Origin: Sminthopsis crassicaudata
Taxonomy: Eukaryota
Reading direction: 5' to 3'
Length of the DNA: 64,000 nt
Assembly: GCF_048593235.1 (NCBI RefSeq)
Contig: NC_133620.1
Span: forward strand, 451,203,261-451,267,260
Below are positions 1 through 13,396 of the stretch, one piece after another; the stretch's first letter is position 1; every line of letters begins with the position of its first letter. The translations under genes were made by a program, and so were the position numbers. The notes under the pieces were generated by a model. The model was not told where the DNA came from, searched no databases, and saw only the letters and a list, made by a program, of their open reading frames with translations.

Positions 1-549
1 CGAAAAGAGGTAATGAGTCTCCCATTAGGGAAGGGCCATTAACCAGGCACGTGCAAAGCATTCCTAACCGAGCTGCGGGGCACCGGCCTATGCCCACAGA
101 CTTAGAGTGGATTCAAGTCAAGGTGCTGGCCTTCCCAGCAGTATTTGCATTCTAAGCTTTATCTGGAATTGAAAAGAAAAGGTTCTAGGAAAAAGAATAT
201 CAATGGGCCTTTAGGGAAAAGAGACGAGAGAAGAGAATGACTTCCAACAGCCGTCCTACCTTGAGGGAAAAAGATAGCTGAAATTCACCAACTTGGATGT
301 TTTAAATATCACTTTGGTAAATAGCGGCACTGACCTAGGAGCGGTGGAGGGCAGAGCCCGCACAAGTTAGGCTGTGCAGAACCTCGCACTATTTTGTAAG
401 GAGTGAAATCACAGAAGGACCCCCTACAGGTGGTCCCGGGCTGGGCGGGGGCAGAGCACCGTCCTCGCCCACAAACCCAGAGCCTGAGCCACGGTGCGGC
501 AGGACCAGCCTCAGACAAGCACAGGGCCTGCTGGTCACTCAAGTCCGGG

Positions 550-1900
550 GCTTCCTAGGGCCCCTACCCCAAGATTAACTCGCAGGGTGCAGGAAGCACC
601 CGACCTCCGGCAGTGACAAGAGGGGACCGGGCTGCGGCCCTGGGAGACAGAGCCGAAGGCTGAGGGCCGGGTCGGGCAGCACAGAGTGCAGGACCGAGAG
701 TGACCACGCCTAGCTGACCACGTGGCGACGAATTCGTCACCTATTCTGTGCCTCAGTTTCTTCGCTTGTAAAATAAAATCACTGGACTGGCTGAACTCTC
801 AAGGATGGAATGAAAAGTCCTGCTCCTGATTCCTTTGGTATTAGCGTAAGAGCACTGATCCGGGTCCCCAACGCGGAAAGGATGGCCAATTAGGTCCAGG
901 GAGGCAAAGCCAAGGGTCACACGTGCCCCGGGGGCCGCGACCTCGAGGAGGCCAGCAGCCTCACCCCGCCCCCCAGTTGCAGTGTCGGCCCGGGAGCGGT
1001 GACTAAGGCCCCCGGAAGCCTTCCGGCCCCTAGGAGGGCACGCCCCCGCTCCGGGCCTCAAGTTTCCTCATCCGCAAAAGGAGGCTGTGCGGGGAGGTGC
1101 GGGGGGCCTAACCGAACAAAGGGAGGGAAGCGACGGAAAACAAAGGCCTCGCTCCGGGCCGTCACTCCATCCCACTCGGGCCCAGATCTATGCGCGCGCA
1201 CCCACCGTCCAACCGTCCTCCGCCCTACTCCGGAGAGTCCGCACCTCTCGGCCAATCCGCTTCGGCCGCCTCTCGCCACACCCCCGGGCGATGGCCCCGC
1301 CAGCCATTCAGCGTGGCAGACATGACTGGCGCGAGGCGCTCGGGGCGGAGCGGGGCGCGGGGCGGGGGCGGGGCCGAGGCGTCCCGGCGGTGTCCGCCCG
1401 GCGCTCGAGCACTCTGGCATCGTTCGTTTGCCGGGGTGCCTGGCTTTTTCGCAGCTCCTCTGGCATCCCGGCCGGAATCCGAGGCACGATGGGCGCGCGG
1501 GGCGGGGCGCGAGCGCTGGAGTACCTGCTGGGCCTCTACTTCGTGATGCACGTCCCCATCACGCTTCTCTTCGACATGCAGGCTCTGGTGTCGGCTGATT
1601 TGTACCCGACCGAGGTGAGGAGGACGCATGCGCGCCGCGTGTCTCTGCGCCTGCGCCCTGGGTCCTGCGCCAGACGGCACACGAGGTGCCCTCTGCGCGC
1701 TGGCTTTGAATCCTGGGGCGGACACGGGCGGCTGTGTGTCCCTAGGCGAGGCGCTGGGCCCCGGGCGCCTCCTCCGGGAGATCTGGACTCGGGTGATACC
1801 CACGCCTCCTACCTCACCCGGGGATTGTGAGCAAAGCGCTTCGGAGAACTAGGGCTCACGCCCCTTAGCCCCCCGGCCGCGCCCCCAGACTCACCTTTTG
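550..1900 (+). promoter_or_regulatory. CpG island / TMEM97 promoter
   Basis: CpG-dense stretch around exon 1. Contains CACGTG E-box (~719-724), CCAAT boxes (886-890, 1252-1256), SRE-like CTCACCCCGC (960-969) and several GC boxes. Confidence 0.75.
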
Positions 1901-4630
1901 TGCCAAGGGCCCCCTAAAGTTTAGACTACCCCTAGAGATCCCCCAAAAGGCAGCCTTTGCCCCGAAACGTGTCATCTCCTCCCCAACTTACTCAGGCCTT
2001 GCCCTGATCGCTCCCCCATCCTTCCCCCTTCCTCAAATGCCCGAGCTCCAACTTACGTCACCCTTCCCCCAAAGCTTCTGCAGGGCCAAGACCACTCTTG
2101 GAGCCCTTCCCCCCAGGTAACGCGTTTGTCCACCTTTCCAGGCTGTGCTAGTGGCATCTTCCCCAAAGGGTCAGGTGGGTTCCTGGAACCCATTTGTAAG
2201 TCACCGAGAAAGCTCCCGTTGTTCACAAGGAAAATTACCTGAGCGCCCTTTCCCCGGCCCAGCCACCCCGCAGCCCCTCCCCCCCAGGGTCTCCTCCTTA
2301 GGTTTCCCTCCAGATTAATCCCTCCCAGGAAGGATCCTTGTGGCTCCTGCAGCCTCTCGTGGGGCCCCGCGTGGGGCCGGAGCCCGGCTGCTATTGCAGG
2401 GCGCCCTGGCACCCCTGGCTGAGCCCCTCCCATGGGGAACGGCGCCTGCCCCGAGGAAGTAAGGACCAACAGACTGCAAAGGGCAGTGACTGCCCGGTGG
2501 ACAGAGCCCAGCTTGGAATCCACCTGGTGACTTGGGAGCTCAGGTTTCCCTTTCCTGGCAAGCCTGTCTACTACTCAAAATAGTATCTTAAATTAATTGA
2601 TGGAAATGTTAGATTCCTGTGAGAGGTTAATGACCCTAAAGAGGTGAGGATTTTCCTCCCATCCTAATTCTCCCGGCCCTTGGGATCCTATGTTAAGAAC
2701 ACTTGCATTAGGGTCTCAAAAGGACCCTTTCAATTCCAACACCTACCTCCCTTCCCTCGTGTTTTTTGTGAAGTCATTTTTTTAGTCCAACTCTCCGAGG
2801 CCCCCTTTGGGGTTTTCTTGGCCATGCCCTTCTCCACCTCAAGGAAACTGAGGCAAACAGGGTAAAATGACTTGCCCAGACTCACCCAGCTAGTCAGGGA
2901 CTGAGGGGGGGGGGGGGGGGTTGAACTCAAGATAAGGAAACTTCCTGATTCCCTGCCCAGCTTTCCATCCATCCACTGTCCCAAATTTTGGGGTTCTGCT
3001 TTCATGCTATGCTGCTTGTTAAATGCTAGAGGTAGGAAGACAAAAGTGAAACAATCCCTGCTCTCAAGGATCTTCCCCCAGTTCTAATGGGGGAAGAAAA
3101 CATGCATATATAAAAACATGTAGGTAGTAACATACCAAGGGAATACAAGGTGCTTATGGGAGGGAGAGCTCCGGTAGGCTGGGCTGTGACTGAGTTTTAA
3201 AAGAAACCAGGGAATCTGAAAGGTCTAGTGAGGCCAGTGCATGGTAGGGAGGCATGGAGTACCATCCTCTCATCTGGCAAATGAGAGATCTGGCTGGACT
3301 GGATGAAGGGCAACAGTGAGAAACAAGGCTGGAGAGGGAGTTAGCTGTGGGTGCTGAGCCCCTAGCAGACCTTAGTGTGGGAGGGGAGGGTGCAGGAGGA
3401 CATTAGAAAGGGCCAAACTATACGAGCTTCAGATGCTAAACAGAGGAGCTGAGACCAGGGAGTCCCCAGTGTGTAAAGCCGGGAGCTGCCACGATCTGGT
3501 GCTACTTTGAACCAGGATGGGATGAAAAGAGTTATAACTCCAGACTAAGTGAGAGGGGTAGGGAAGATGTGCTCTCAATAACTACAAAAGGGCCCAAGAG
3601 CTGGAAATAAAACCTTTCCAGGAGCTCTTTACAGTAGTAACTGAGGCAGGGAGGAGACCAGACTCATTCTCCCAACAGTGACTTGGTCTGTCCAGGCTCC
3701 CCAAGCCACTACTGGAGCAGAGGCTTTTTTTTCCTTTCACCCTAGTCTTAGATCAGAACCAGCATAGTGGGAAGAACTGATTCACAGCAAGAGGATTGCA
3801 CAACTCTTTGTAGGTTCCACTAACAGCTGGATGCCAGCTCAGCTCCCTGAAAGTACCTAACCATTTCAGAAAACTGGTGGTAAGGCACAGATCTAGTATG
3901 AGGTATTTAAATTAAGAATCAGGTTGCCACCACCTTGCCTTTATAAATGAAATATGATGAGAGATGGGGAGAGAGTATGAATTGTTCTCAGTACCTTAAA
4001 ATCAAGATGTTAGACCGGTAAGCTTTGCTTTATGCAGTAGGGATTTCTGAAAAGTTACTTAACACTGAAGGTGAGTTGGAGTTTGCTGGCCCCTGTGTGT
4101 AATCCTTTCATGAGGCAAATTATCCATTCTGATTTTTTTGTGTTTGTTTGCCTGTTTCCAATTAGGGTTGCTTTGAAGCAACACCTACACAGATAAGTGT
4201 AGTGTAATATTATCATTATCAAGATATCATTAAAGAGTGAATCGAATCATTAATGTAAATTAAAATATCGAACAGATTTCAGCAGAATCCAATCAAAAAC
4301 CGAAGTCACTGCTGGAGGAGCACATTAATAAGACATAGGAGGACATAAGAAACAAAAAATGAGATTCAAAGTAGAAGAAAGATTTTTGTGAACTGATGCA
4401 GAGAGAAACAAGCAGAACCAGAACAATAGCTACTGACTACAATGGTCCCTAAAAAGAAGTTATTTGGACACATAAGTGAAGGAGACGACTTTTTGTAAGA
4501 GAGGTAGCAGATCTGGAGCCATCCAGATGCCTTGCTATTTCAGATTTTAGTCTCTTGTGGGAAGGTTTTTACTTTTTATCATAAGGACTGTCTAATATGG
4601 ATAAAATCTGTTTGCAGAGTTCAGTTGGAT

Positions 4631-4665
<35 letters not shown>

Positions 4666-7600
4666 AGGCAATTGTTGTTAAGTGACTTTTAAGGTCACAC
4701 ACCTAGGAAGTATTAAGTGTCTGAGACTAGATTTGAACTCGGGTCCTTCTGACTTCAGGACTGGTGCTGTAACCACTGTGCCACCTAGCTGCCCCTCAGT
4801 TGGATTTTTAATGAATGTTTGTCGATTGATAAGTTCTTTTTAGAAAAGATAAGCCACAAGGCCAAACTCCTTACTTTCATATTTCATCTTTTAACTATAT
4901 CCTGTAGAAATTTGCCTAAAGGTCAAGTTTTGACTGAGTTCTGTCTTGAACCTCACCCTTCACTTGAATCAAATTCAAGTTGCCTCAAACAAAGCTGCTG
5001 AAGACTACAGCCAGCTCTTCACACTAATACTCTTACATGAGGATTTCTCCCATCTCCCCACTAGCAAGTTGTGGGAAGAATTGAGGTTACTCAACCCACC
5101 TCCCCATTAGAATATCTACCAATCAGGATTATTTTACCTTTGCCAGCTACATGATGTACTGCCAAATATAGAGGACATACACATATTTAAAAAGTTGTCT
5201 GTCCTCATTCTAGATCTTTGGACATTGAGAGAGGCCATTGACCCAACTTATTGTTACTGCTAGCCTAATTAATAAATTGATCATGCTTGAATCAGTCTCA
5301 GTTTACCTTAATTTTCAAACAGTTGAAGATAGGGGAAGTCAAAAATTGTGCTCTGAATCTAAATTAAGCTGGATTAAGATTGGATTGGATTTCAGTTTAT
5401 AGTCAAATTGTTAACCTCAACATCCATAATTAATAGTTTTGGGATTGTAGCATGTTTGTTTCTGGGTAATCTCTCCCAAACTGATTCCCTTACTTGTCAA
5501 GCACATATATACTTGTCCAACTTGTTCTTTATTTTTCAATGAAAAAAATTTTTCTTTTACACCAGACTGGTGATTTCATCATTATATGAGGGCAGTCCAT
5601 CTGCCAGTGTATTACAGTGTATGATCTTAGCCATTGTCTGGGGATAAAGAGGTTATTGCCCAAGACCCATTGCCAGTGCAAAGAGGTCTATTTCTTCCAA
5701 ACTGCAAAGGCCAGTTCTTCAACAGATACCGATCCAAAAATTAACAGGGAAAATATCCTCATTTTATAGAGTAGTAAATTGATCATTGGACGATATTTTT
5801 ACTGCCTATGAATGATGTTAGGGTTTTCCCCCAATTGTTAAAGCAAACCAAAAGAAGTCAATTGGGGCAGAGTGTCTCTGATATCTAAGAAGGGGATAGC
5901 CAACGTGGCTTCTTTTCAACTTTCCTCTAGTTCAGACCTTTTGGATCTTTTTAAAAAAGACAAGTTTATTGCTTTCACCCTCCAACCCAAGTGGAATTTC
6001 TGCCCCAACCCCTCTCTCAGTGGCAACATGACATCATGAATTGTGATTGCGCTTGGGCAAGGAAGTTAATAAAGTCTAGAATAGAATTGATTCCCATTCC
6101 TCCTCCTGTTTAAACTCGTAATTCATGCAGTCAAAAGGAGGTTGTTTTTTCCTTCCAAAATATGTCCCTAGGAGCAGCTAGATGGTGCAGTGGATAAGAG
6201 TACCAGCCCTGAAGTCAGGAGGACCCAAGTTCAAATCTGGCATAACAAGTCTTAGCTCTGTGATCTTGGGCAAGTCACTTAATCCCAACTGCCTCAGCAA
6301 AAAAAAAAAAAAAAAAAGTCAAAATATGTCCCTCACCTTCTAAGAAAAATATGACTTAGGGGAATTGATGGACCTTGAGATGCTGGAAGAAGAGCATTAG
6401 GTTGTGGGTCTTTTGTGATTGCTCAGAGTGTAGAAAGCATGGCCAAGTTTGTGGCATTTTTTTTCTCCAAAGAAGTGGCAGCTGGAAGCTCAGGGCCAGC
6501 TTCAGGATACAGCTGTAGGTACCTTATAACCATTCCTTCAGGTCTGAAGTCTCACTCTTGGTTTTATTTTCTAAAATTTTTTTTTTACTCATAATCATCC
6601 ACAAACACAAGCATCCCAATAGCCAGAAAACAAGAGTACTATATGAAACAATGAATTATGTATATTTTATATTTTAAAAACATTAAAAGTTAACAAGGGT
6701 GTAATAAATTGCTCTGTGATCCTTACATTTTTTGTTGGATTTTTAAAAAAATATTTCATTGATATTCTTTCTTTTCTTGTAATTGGTTCTTTTATCAGGA
6801 ACAGATCATCAGAATCTGAGGACCAGTTCTATTTTTTAAGGTTATTTCTAGACTGTGAGAAAGGTCATTATTGTTCTGCTGAACAGCTTGTTCCAGGGAA
6901 CTTATTAATACCTGTTTTTGCAAGTGAAACTACTTGGAAAGCCAAACAGTAGAGGATGACTGGAGAACATAATTAATCTCAGCCTCAGTTTCCCTATCTG
7001 CACTTACCTCACACTTTAGAAGAATTAAGTAACCTACATGTAAAAAGGTGGTATGATTATGCATTACTATTATTATCAAGCCATGGAAAGTATTTGGCAT
7101 CCAATAGGGTCATATTTGTGGACAGCTATTTGATACAATGGGTAGATGGCCAGCCTGGACTCAAAAAGTCTCTTCTTCCTGAAATCCAGCCTCAGACACT
7201 TCCCAGCTGTGAAGCCCTAGACAAGTCACTTAACTGTTTGCTTGTTTCCTCAAATAGCTGGATAAGGAAATGGCAAATGACTCCAGTATCTCTAATAAGA
7301 ATACCCCAAATGAGGTCATGAAGAGTTGGACAGGACTGAACAACAGGGTCATAGTTGCCATTCAGCCTGGATGCTTGCTTCAGACCCAGAGCACTTGTTG
7401 CCTCTCACAGATTTTTGGCTCTCTTTTTTTAGACTTTGTAAAGATCTCCACTCTTGTTTAAGACCATATCATCCCAAGCCATGTTCTGAACAGCTAACTT
7501 TTTCTCCCACATAAATCTGCTTGCAATTTCAGGACATACCCTTCTCTTAAAATGTGGGTGATACACTGACCCTATCTAAAACAGCCCATTGAGAAGCCTC

Positions 7601-9268
7601 TTTTCAGGGTAGGCACTGATGCTTACAAATCATCCATTCTTGGGGGATTCTTAAACACGTTTTCCTGAGTTTCATTCCCAATATGTAGCTCATTTGGCAC
7701 TTCTATCCAGGCCAGAATACAGTTGAGTTACTTCATGCAAGTAAAAATGAATAGTCAATTTTTAGCTTGGGTCACATTTTTCATCCTGTAATTTTAACCA
7801 AAAAACTACCATCAGGAATGAATTGTTTACCCCAAATAGATTGCCCAGACTGTGCCAGAGAAGACTGATCAATTCAATATCTAATGAAATCATTGCCAAT
7901 CAGGTGGCTGAAGACATGTGGGAGTGTGCAGGGGGCAGGAGCTCACCTCTCGTCTCTCTCAGTTGACAGACATGTTGAAGTGGTATGTCCAGGCATTTAA
8001 AGACCCCCTGATGCTGAAGCCTCCAAGTTGGTTCAAGTCGTTTCTTTTTTGTGAGCTTGTGTTCCAGCTGCCTTTCTTTCCCTTTGCAGCATATGCCTTC
8101 TTCAAAGGTAAGCAGTGGGAAAGGAACTTAAGTGATTATGTCCTGAAGCCTCATTTTTACCCAAAAACCAAGCCTCTGTTAAAAGTGTGCTTATTGGGGG
8201 TTAGGGGGAAGAGCTCTGAGGACCACCAGAAAATACTCCTGAAAACGGGCTTAGGAGGCAAGACAATAAGAGGTTTTAAAGAACAAGGAAACAAAAGATG
8301 GGGGTCATTTTTGGAAGCAGCAGCAGCAGAGACCTGTAGCCTTGGGAAGTAGAAAGGCCCAAGAGAAGAGAATAAGCATAAAATTCAATGGGGCCTGGAA
8401 AGTCAAGTCAGATCTAGGCAGAAAAGAGATTTTTGGAGCCACCAGCTAAGATCTGAAGATTAGCTATTAGTGTATGTGTGACTCCCACTCATTGGGTACT
8501 ACAGATAGGCACACTTAGACACGGTTCACACTCGTTAAAACTCGTGGTTGTTGATCACTAGGTGTAATTTTTGCCACTGCCTCCATCTTGTCTGATTTTA
8601 TAGCTGGGGAAAGTCTAGTGAACAGTAGCATCAATGCTATCTCTTAAAAGATCCGGAAGTCAGTATTTTCTAAATTATTGTCCCCATTTCCTTCTCATAC
8701 CAGGAGGAGTGCATGATATTAAGCTAAAACAGCATTAAGCGGGCGCCTCTCCCATTAGGATCTTTCTTGGTATTGATCTATCGATCTATGATTTAGTCCC
8801 ACATATTTGGTAGGGAATTTCAGGTTCCACATTCTGTCCTCCTTTTAAGAGCAGGAAGCTTGGACAGCAAGCAGAGCCAATAAGTTTGGTTTTCTTTTAG
8901 ACCGGTTAAAAGGGAACTGCCTCAATTTCCCAGGGAGGCCAAATACTGCTATTCTCAGATTTTTTTTTTTTTTTTTCCTTGAACATTATAAACATTTCAA
9001 GTTTTCCCCTTATAATCTTTTAGGAAGTTGCAAGTGGATCCGCATCCCTGCCATTATCTACTCAGTCCATACGATGACGACGTTAATTCCCATCGGCGCC
9101 CATATACTATTTGAGAATTTTGCCCAAGGCCCCGGGACATTCCAAGAACGCCTCAGCCTTTTATCCATCTATGCCCCATACTTCTTCATTCCACTGATAC
9201 TCCTCTTTTTTATGCTTTGGAGTCCTCACTACAGCACTGAAGAGAAGAGGAAAAGGAAAACAAGGTAA
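1489..9268 (+). CDS. TMEM97: Sigma-2 receptor / transmembrane protein 97 (EXPERA domain), 171 aa, 3 exons
   Basis: join(1489..1614,7963..8107,9024..9268) = 126+145+245 nt with GT-AG junctions. Translation [31 protein letters not shown]...[28 protein letters not shown]...[22 protein letters not shown]...YAPYFFIP...EEKRKRKTR matches the TMEM97 family. Confidence 0.96.
4612..4795 (-). mobile_element. tRNA-derived CORE-SINE (WSINE1-like), older type, long poly(A)
   Basis: Reverse complement reads GGGGCAGCTAGGTGGCACAGTGG...GAGTTCAAATCTAGTCTCAGACACTTAA...GCCTCAGC followed by a ~50-nt A tail. Confidence 0.85.
6170..6317 (+). mobile_element. CORE-SINE (WSINE1-like) with 14-bp TSD
   Basis: Pol III A/B boxes and poly(A) tail. 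TSD CAAAATATGTCCCT at 6156-6169 and 6320-6333. Confidence 0.9.
7150..7345 (+). mobile_element. CORE-SINE with RTE/BovB-type tail (Mar1-like)
   Basis: CORE segment followed by AAGGAAATGGCAAATGACTCCAGTATCT...GAAGAGTTGGACAGGACTGAACAAC. Confidence 0.65.
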
Positions 9269-9953
9269 AGAAAGAACTGCTGGCAAGGGAGGGAGAGCCA
9301 CTGGCCCTTGTTTGGGCGCAGTCTCTCCAGGCCCCCCCTTGAAACACATCAGCAGCAACCCCCGAGAACAAGACAGCAGGTGGGAGAGCTCATTCCAGGT
9401 TTTATCTGCCAAGGGAATTACAAAAGACTTGATTCCCTGAAGCTGGCCAGGGGAAGCTGTAGGGAAACAGTACTGAATACCTAGCGTGTGCCTTAAGTGC
9501 CATTTCAGAATTATTAAAAGGGACACACCACCAGAATCCCCGGAACTAGATTCTTTGAAACTGAGTCAGAGGCTAGAGGTTAGTTTGACCTATAATCTGA
9601 ATGACCAACTACTTGGTGCTCTCCTCTCCAAGCCATATAATGAGACTGATCAAAAAAACACATTTCACAGGCCATTTTCCAATTCTTCAAGAAATTGTTT
9701 TTCTCAACCCAAATCAGACCAAACTAGCGCAAAAATACCTGACCTCTCATAGACCCACAGGTCTAATAAACGAGTACTCCAACAAACATCCTTGTCAATG
9801 CAGGCTTGTATTTTTAGAGCTAGTTTTAAAAGGTTACATAAATTGCCCCCCTCTATTCTAGAAACATTTTTTTCATGGGGAATATGGGATTTGTCAGGCT
9901 TTTTTTTTTTTTTTTTTTTTAAGAGAATTAGTTCGTTGGAAAAAAGGCTTGAA

Positions 9954-10098
9954 TTTTTTTTTTTTGTTGTTGAGGCACTTGGGGATTAACTGTCCAGCCT
10001 CACACAGGTAGGAAGTGTTAAATGTCTAAGGTCATATTTGAATTTAGGTCCTCCTGACTTCAGGGCTGGTGCTCTATCCCACTGCGCCATCTAGCTGT
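9954..10098 (-). mobile_element. CORE-SINE (WSINE1-like)
   Basis: Poly-T followed by the reverse complement of the SINE body, ending CCACTGCGCCATCTAGCTG. Confidence 0.85.
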
Positions 10099-10739
10099 CA
10101 TCTAAATGTTTAAGCAAGATTCATTCCCATCAAATTCTGACCAGAAATATTCTGACTGGTGCTTTGGTTGAGTCTTTCTAATTTCCAAGAATTCTGGGGC
10201 TTACGTCTTTTTAAAGATCCTCTAATCTCAACCTTGGTTTCCAATGTTACCTTGTTCATTCTCCAAAATCTGTTAATTATAACATTGTGTAGTCTAATGT
10301 CTCTTAAAATGATCATCTTTTCTATCACAATTTAAGTCTCCATTTAGTAAGATGAATAATAGCTGTTCACCCTATTCTCTTATTGCTTCCTGTACCTGGA
10401 CTTAGTGATCTAAAATGTGTTCCCCAAAGTGAAGCTTGCCATTCTTCATGGTAGAGTGGAATAGGACCCAATCAACACTGCCTTTGCTGGGCAGGTCCTG
10501 GAGACATGCAGCATGCAGGCTGGCTCCCCAGCTTCTCCCTATGGGGCTCCCTCCTGGAAGCACCCTAGCAATCTTGTCATGCTGCCATAGGCTTGATTCT
10601 GCCCCCCACTCACCTCCACCCTCCCAAATTCCCCACTTCTCCTTTGGCCTTCTCTCTTTGGAAACAGTAAGCAAAGTAGCTACCATTCCTGGAAAGATAA
10701 AATCACTATCCCTGTGACTTCCCAAAGTACATCACCTTG

Positions 10740-10900
10740 GCCACTAGTACCTTGTATGTATTGTCTTCCTATCTTAGAATGTAAGCTTCTTTAGGAGGGT
10801 AGGTAGCCTTTGTTTTTGGGGTTTTTTTTTTTGTATTTGTATCTCTAGTGCTTATTCCAGAGACTGAGTGAGCATTTAATAAAAGGCTTTTTCATTTATT
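10740..10900 (+). mobile_element. L2 LINE 3' end remnant
   Basis: TTAGAATGTAAGCTTC...TTTGTATTTGTATCTCTAGTGCTT...GCATTTAATAAA is a typical L2 terminus. Confidence 0.55.
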
Positions 10901-11464
10901 CATGATGTGCCATGAACTCCTTAAAGTCCTCCTCATAAATTGATATTTGCTTTAATTGTTGAAAACTGACTCTTGTGTAATGAATTCACTAAAAATGGCT
11001 GTTGATCTTGACTTCTTTTGTGGATTATGAGAGAAGAATCTTCAGTGAGAGCTGCAAATGTGTATTCAAAAGTGCAACAAGAAAATTACAAAAATCTAGA
11101 AATAAACATTTATTGCCTTATTCCTTTCAAAGTGGCAGATGATTCCAAAAAAGGACTGGTGTTTACAAATGTAGCTGGAGGTCACAAACTGACAACATAG
11201 GAGAGTCCACAGCAAAGAGGTCAGCCCTGCTGTCCTGGCTTCTGGACAGGCAGGTCCTGGTTACTGCCATCTGACTACAATTGGGCAGGATTCTAAAAAA
11301 AGTTTTGTTATTGCCTTTCCAGAAGACATGGTATCTGTTAACAATCCCAAATTGCATATATGCATATGTGGTCATCAAGTTTATTGGAATGATAGAGGCT
11401 TGCGGGTAAGAGAAGTTGGGGTTTTTTTGTTTTTTTAAATGGGGTTTTTACTGTAAAAATCAGT

Positions 11465-13396
11465 TTATTTCTGAAAAATAAATTGGTCAATAAATTCATT
11501 TTGTTCTGCTTCTACTTTACACAAAGCTTCATATTCAACCCGATACCTGAAAGACAGAAAATTGTTACAAATCCTAAAAAGGTATGAAAAGATGGAAAAC
11601 AAACCACTTGTCTACTGTGTGCACGTGTTATGGAAGCAAGGTGGTCACATGATTCTGAGGAAGAAAGAAGGTCCAAAAATTTTTAAGTAGGCAATCATTC
11701 AAAGAGAGTGAGAACAAGAATACAGAAGAAATTAAATAAAGGATGGAAAAGAAATGCATCATAATCCCAGAATCTATCTACCATAAGCACATTTCTTTTC
11801 AGGAAACCTGGGACAATTTTCAGTCCTATGGTGAAGACAGCCATAATCACACTAACCTCACTTTTGCTTCTAAGTTCCTCCTCCTGCCCCCACTTCTAGA
11901 AATGTTTTCCCAGATCTAACACTAAAAATGACCAAAAGGAGTCAGAATACACCTCCCTTCTTTGCTGAGTAGGTGGAACTATGGATAAAGGATGAAAACA
12001 CCACCAGTCAGATGATAAGTTGGTTTTACCAATGCATTTTTTTCTCTTATTTTATTATGAGGGACAATTCACTGGAAAGGAGAGGGAGGGGCGAACGATC
12101 CAGAAATGGGGGGGGGGGGGGAAATTGCTCAATATAAACAAAATAAAAGTAATCTTTTCCATCAAAAGACAAATCTTTGACTATCCAACAGCTCTAAGAT
12201 GTGGTTCCCCAGACTGAAGTGAAAGGAAGAAGTGAAGTAGGCTGGGTAGTACAAAACCTAATAGCAACAGTTGAGACTGCAATGAGCTAAGATCAGTTTC
12301 TCTCACAATTCTTACCTTTCTAGCTGCATTTTCTTCTCTGCTATTAGAGCCTGGAGTTGCTGCTGTTGGGCTTCCCTTTGCTTTGCTATGGATTTGAGTA
12401 AATTTCGAGCTCCAATTGCCTGTGGAGACAGATGACAAGAAAACTGAGCTGCCATTTCAAGATATATTCAACCTCTTCCCAAAGCAGCTCAAGAAAGGGG
12501 GGTGAACAAAGAAAATGGGGCAAAGACACGGCTATTCTAAAAACATGAAATGACGAAAAAGCTATTCAGAGAAATTAAGAGGAACAGGGAAGGCACTATC
12601 TTTGCTTTAACCTATCATCAAGGAAAGCAACATTAGCTCTGAAATGAAACCAAGCCCTATCTCTGCCTCATGGTGGCTAGGAGTAAAGGGGGAGGATGAG
12701 GACAGGAAGAATCAGAAAACAAAGGCTTCATTAAGATGCACACAACTGACATTCTAACCTTACCTTCATCTTCTCATTTTCAGCTTCTTTGGCGAGTTGG
12801 TCAACAAGTTCAATTAAGCCGCCTACTATTTTCTGAAATTGGCCGATTTCTTTCAGGGAAAGAAAAATTAAATTTTATTTCCTGTCAGAGCTCTTTCAGG
12901 GCCTGTTTTGCCTGGGCAAAATTTTGTATACCTTAAGCTGGTGAATTTAATGCCTAAATTGTTAATGCCATGAATGAAAATCCAATCCCTTCCTATGCAC
13001 TGAGAAGAATGCTGTCAAGAAGGGATGGGCAGTCACCATAGTGGTGCCCACTGCCTCAGAGCCTGAGGAGAAAGGGGCTATGTAATAAGGTGCTTGCCCA
13101 GGTCCAGACTCTTGTGCTTCTCAGTAATAGATCGAGCCCACGAGAGGGGACCCAGTCTTTAAATGTGAGCAAAGGCAATAGCCCCTTGATCTCACATGGA
13201 GAGCAACAGGAGGCTTGGTTTCTGGGCCAAGGGAGGCAGCTGTAGGAGACAGGGCCAAGGGCTACTCACTGTCCACAAAATCCTTGCATTCCTCCTTGAG
13301 TTCTATGGTTTGCTGAGTCACCTCAGGGTCCAACACTCGAAGCTTGTTCAGCTCGTCAAAGTGCAGGCCGGCATCGCCCAGGATATCTTTAGCCAT
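11465..13396 (-). CDS. IFT20: Intraflagellar transport protein 20, 132 aa, 4 coding exons
   Basis: complement(join(11465..11546,12316..12419,12764..12849,13270..13396)) = 82+104+86+127 nt. Translation [132 protein letters not shown]. Minus-strand AATAAA at 11380-11385. Confidence 0.97.

Noticed and set aside
240-545. Divergent upstream exon or 77-aa ORF antisense to TMEM97
   Set aside because: Only a donor-like AG|GTAGG at ~260 and a short non-homologous ORF; insufficient evidence.
4940-5500. Possible solo LTR in TMEM97 intron 1 (also 47700-48250)
   Set aside because: The sequence has an LTR-like feel (AATAAA, CT-rich segments), but I could not identify TG...CA ends or a TSD.
6170-6317. tRNA genes at the SINE heads
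   Set aside because: The A/B boxes are followed by CORE sequence, an A tail and TSDs, so these are SINEs and no full cloverleaf is present.
7918-8352. 144-aa ORF as a single-exon TMEM97 variant
   Set aside because: It is exon 2 with read-through into flanking introns; canonical splice sites bound 7963-8107.
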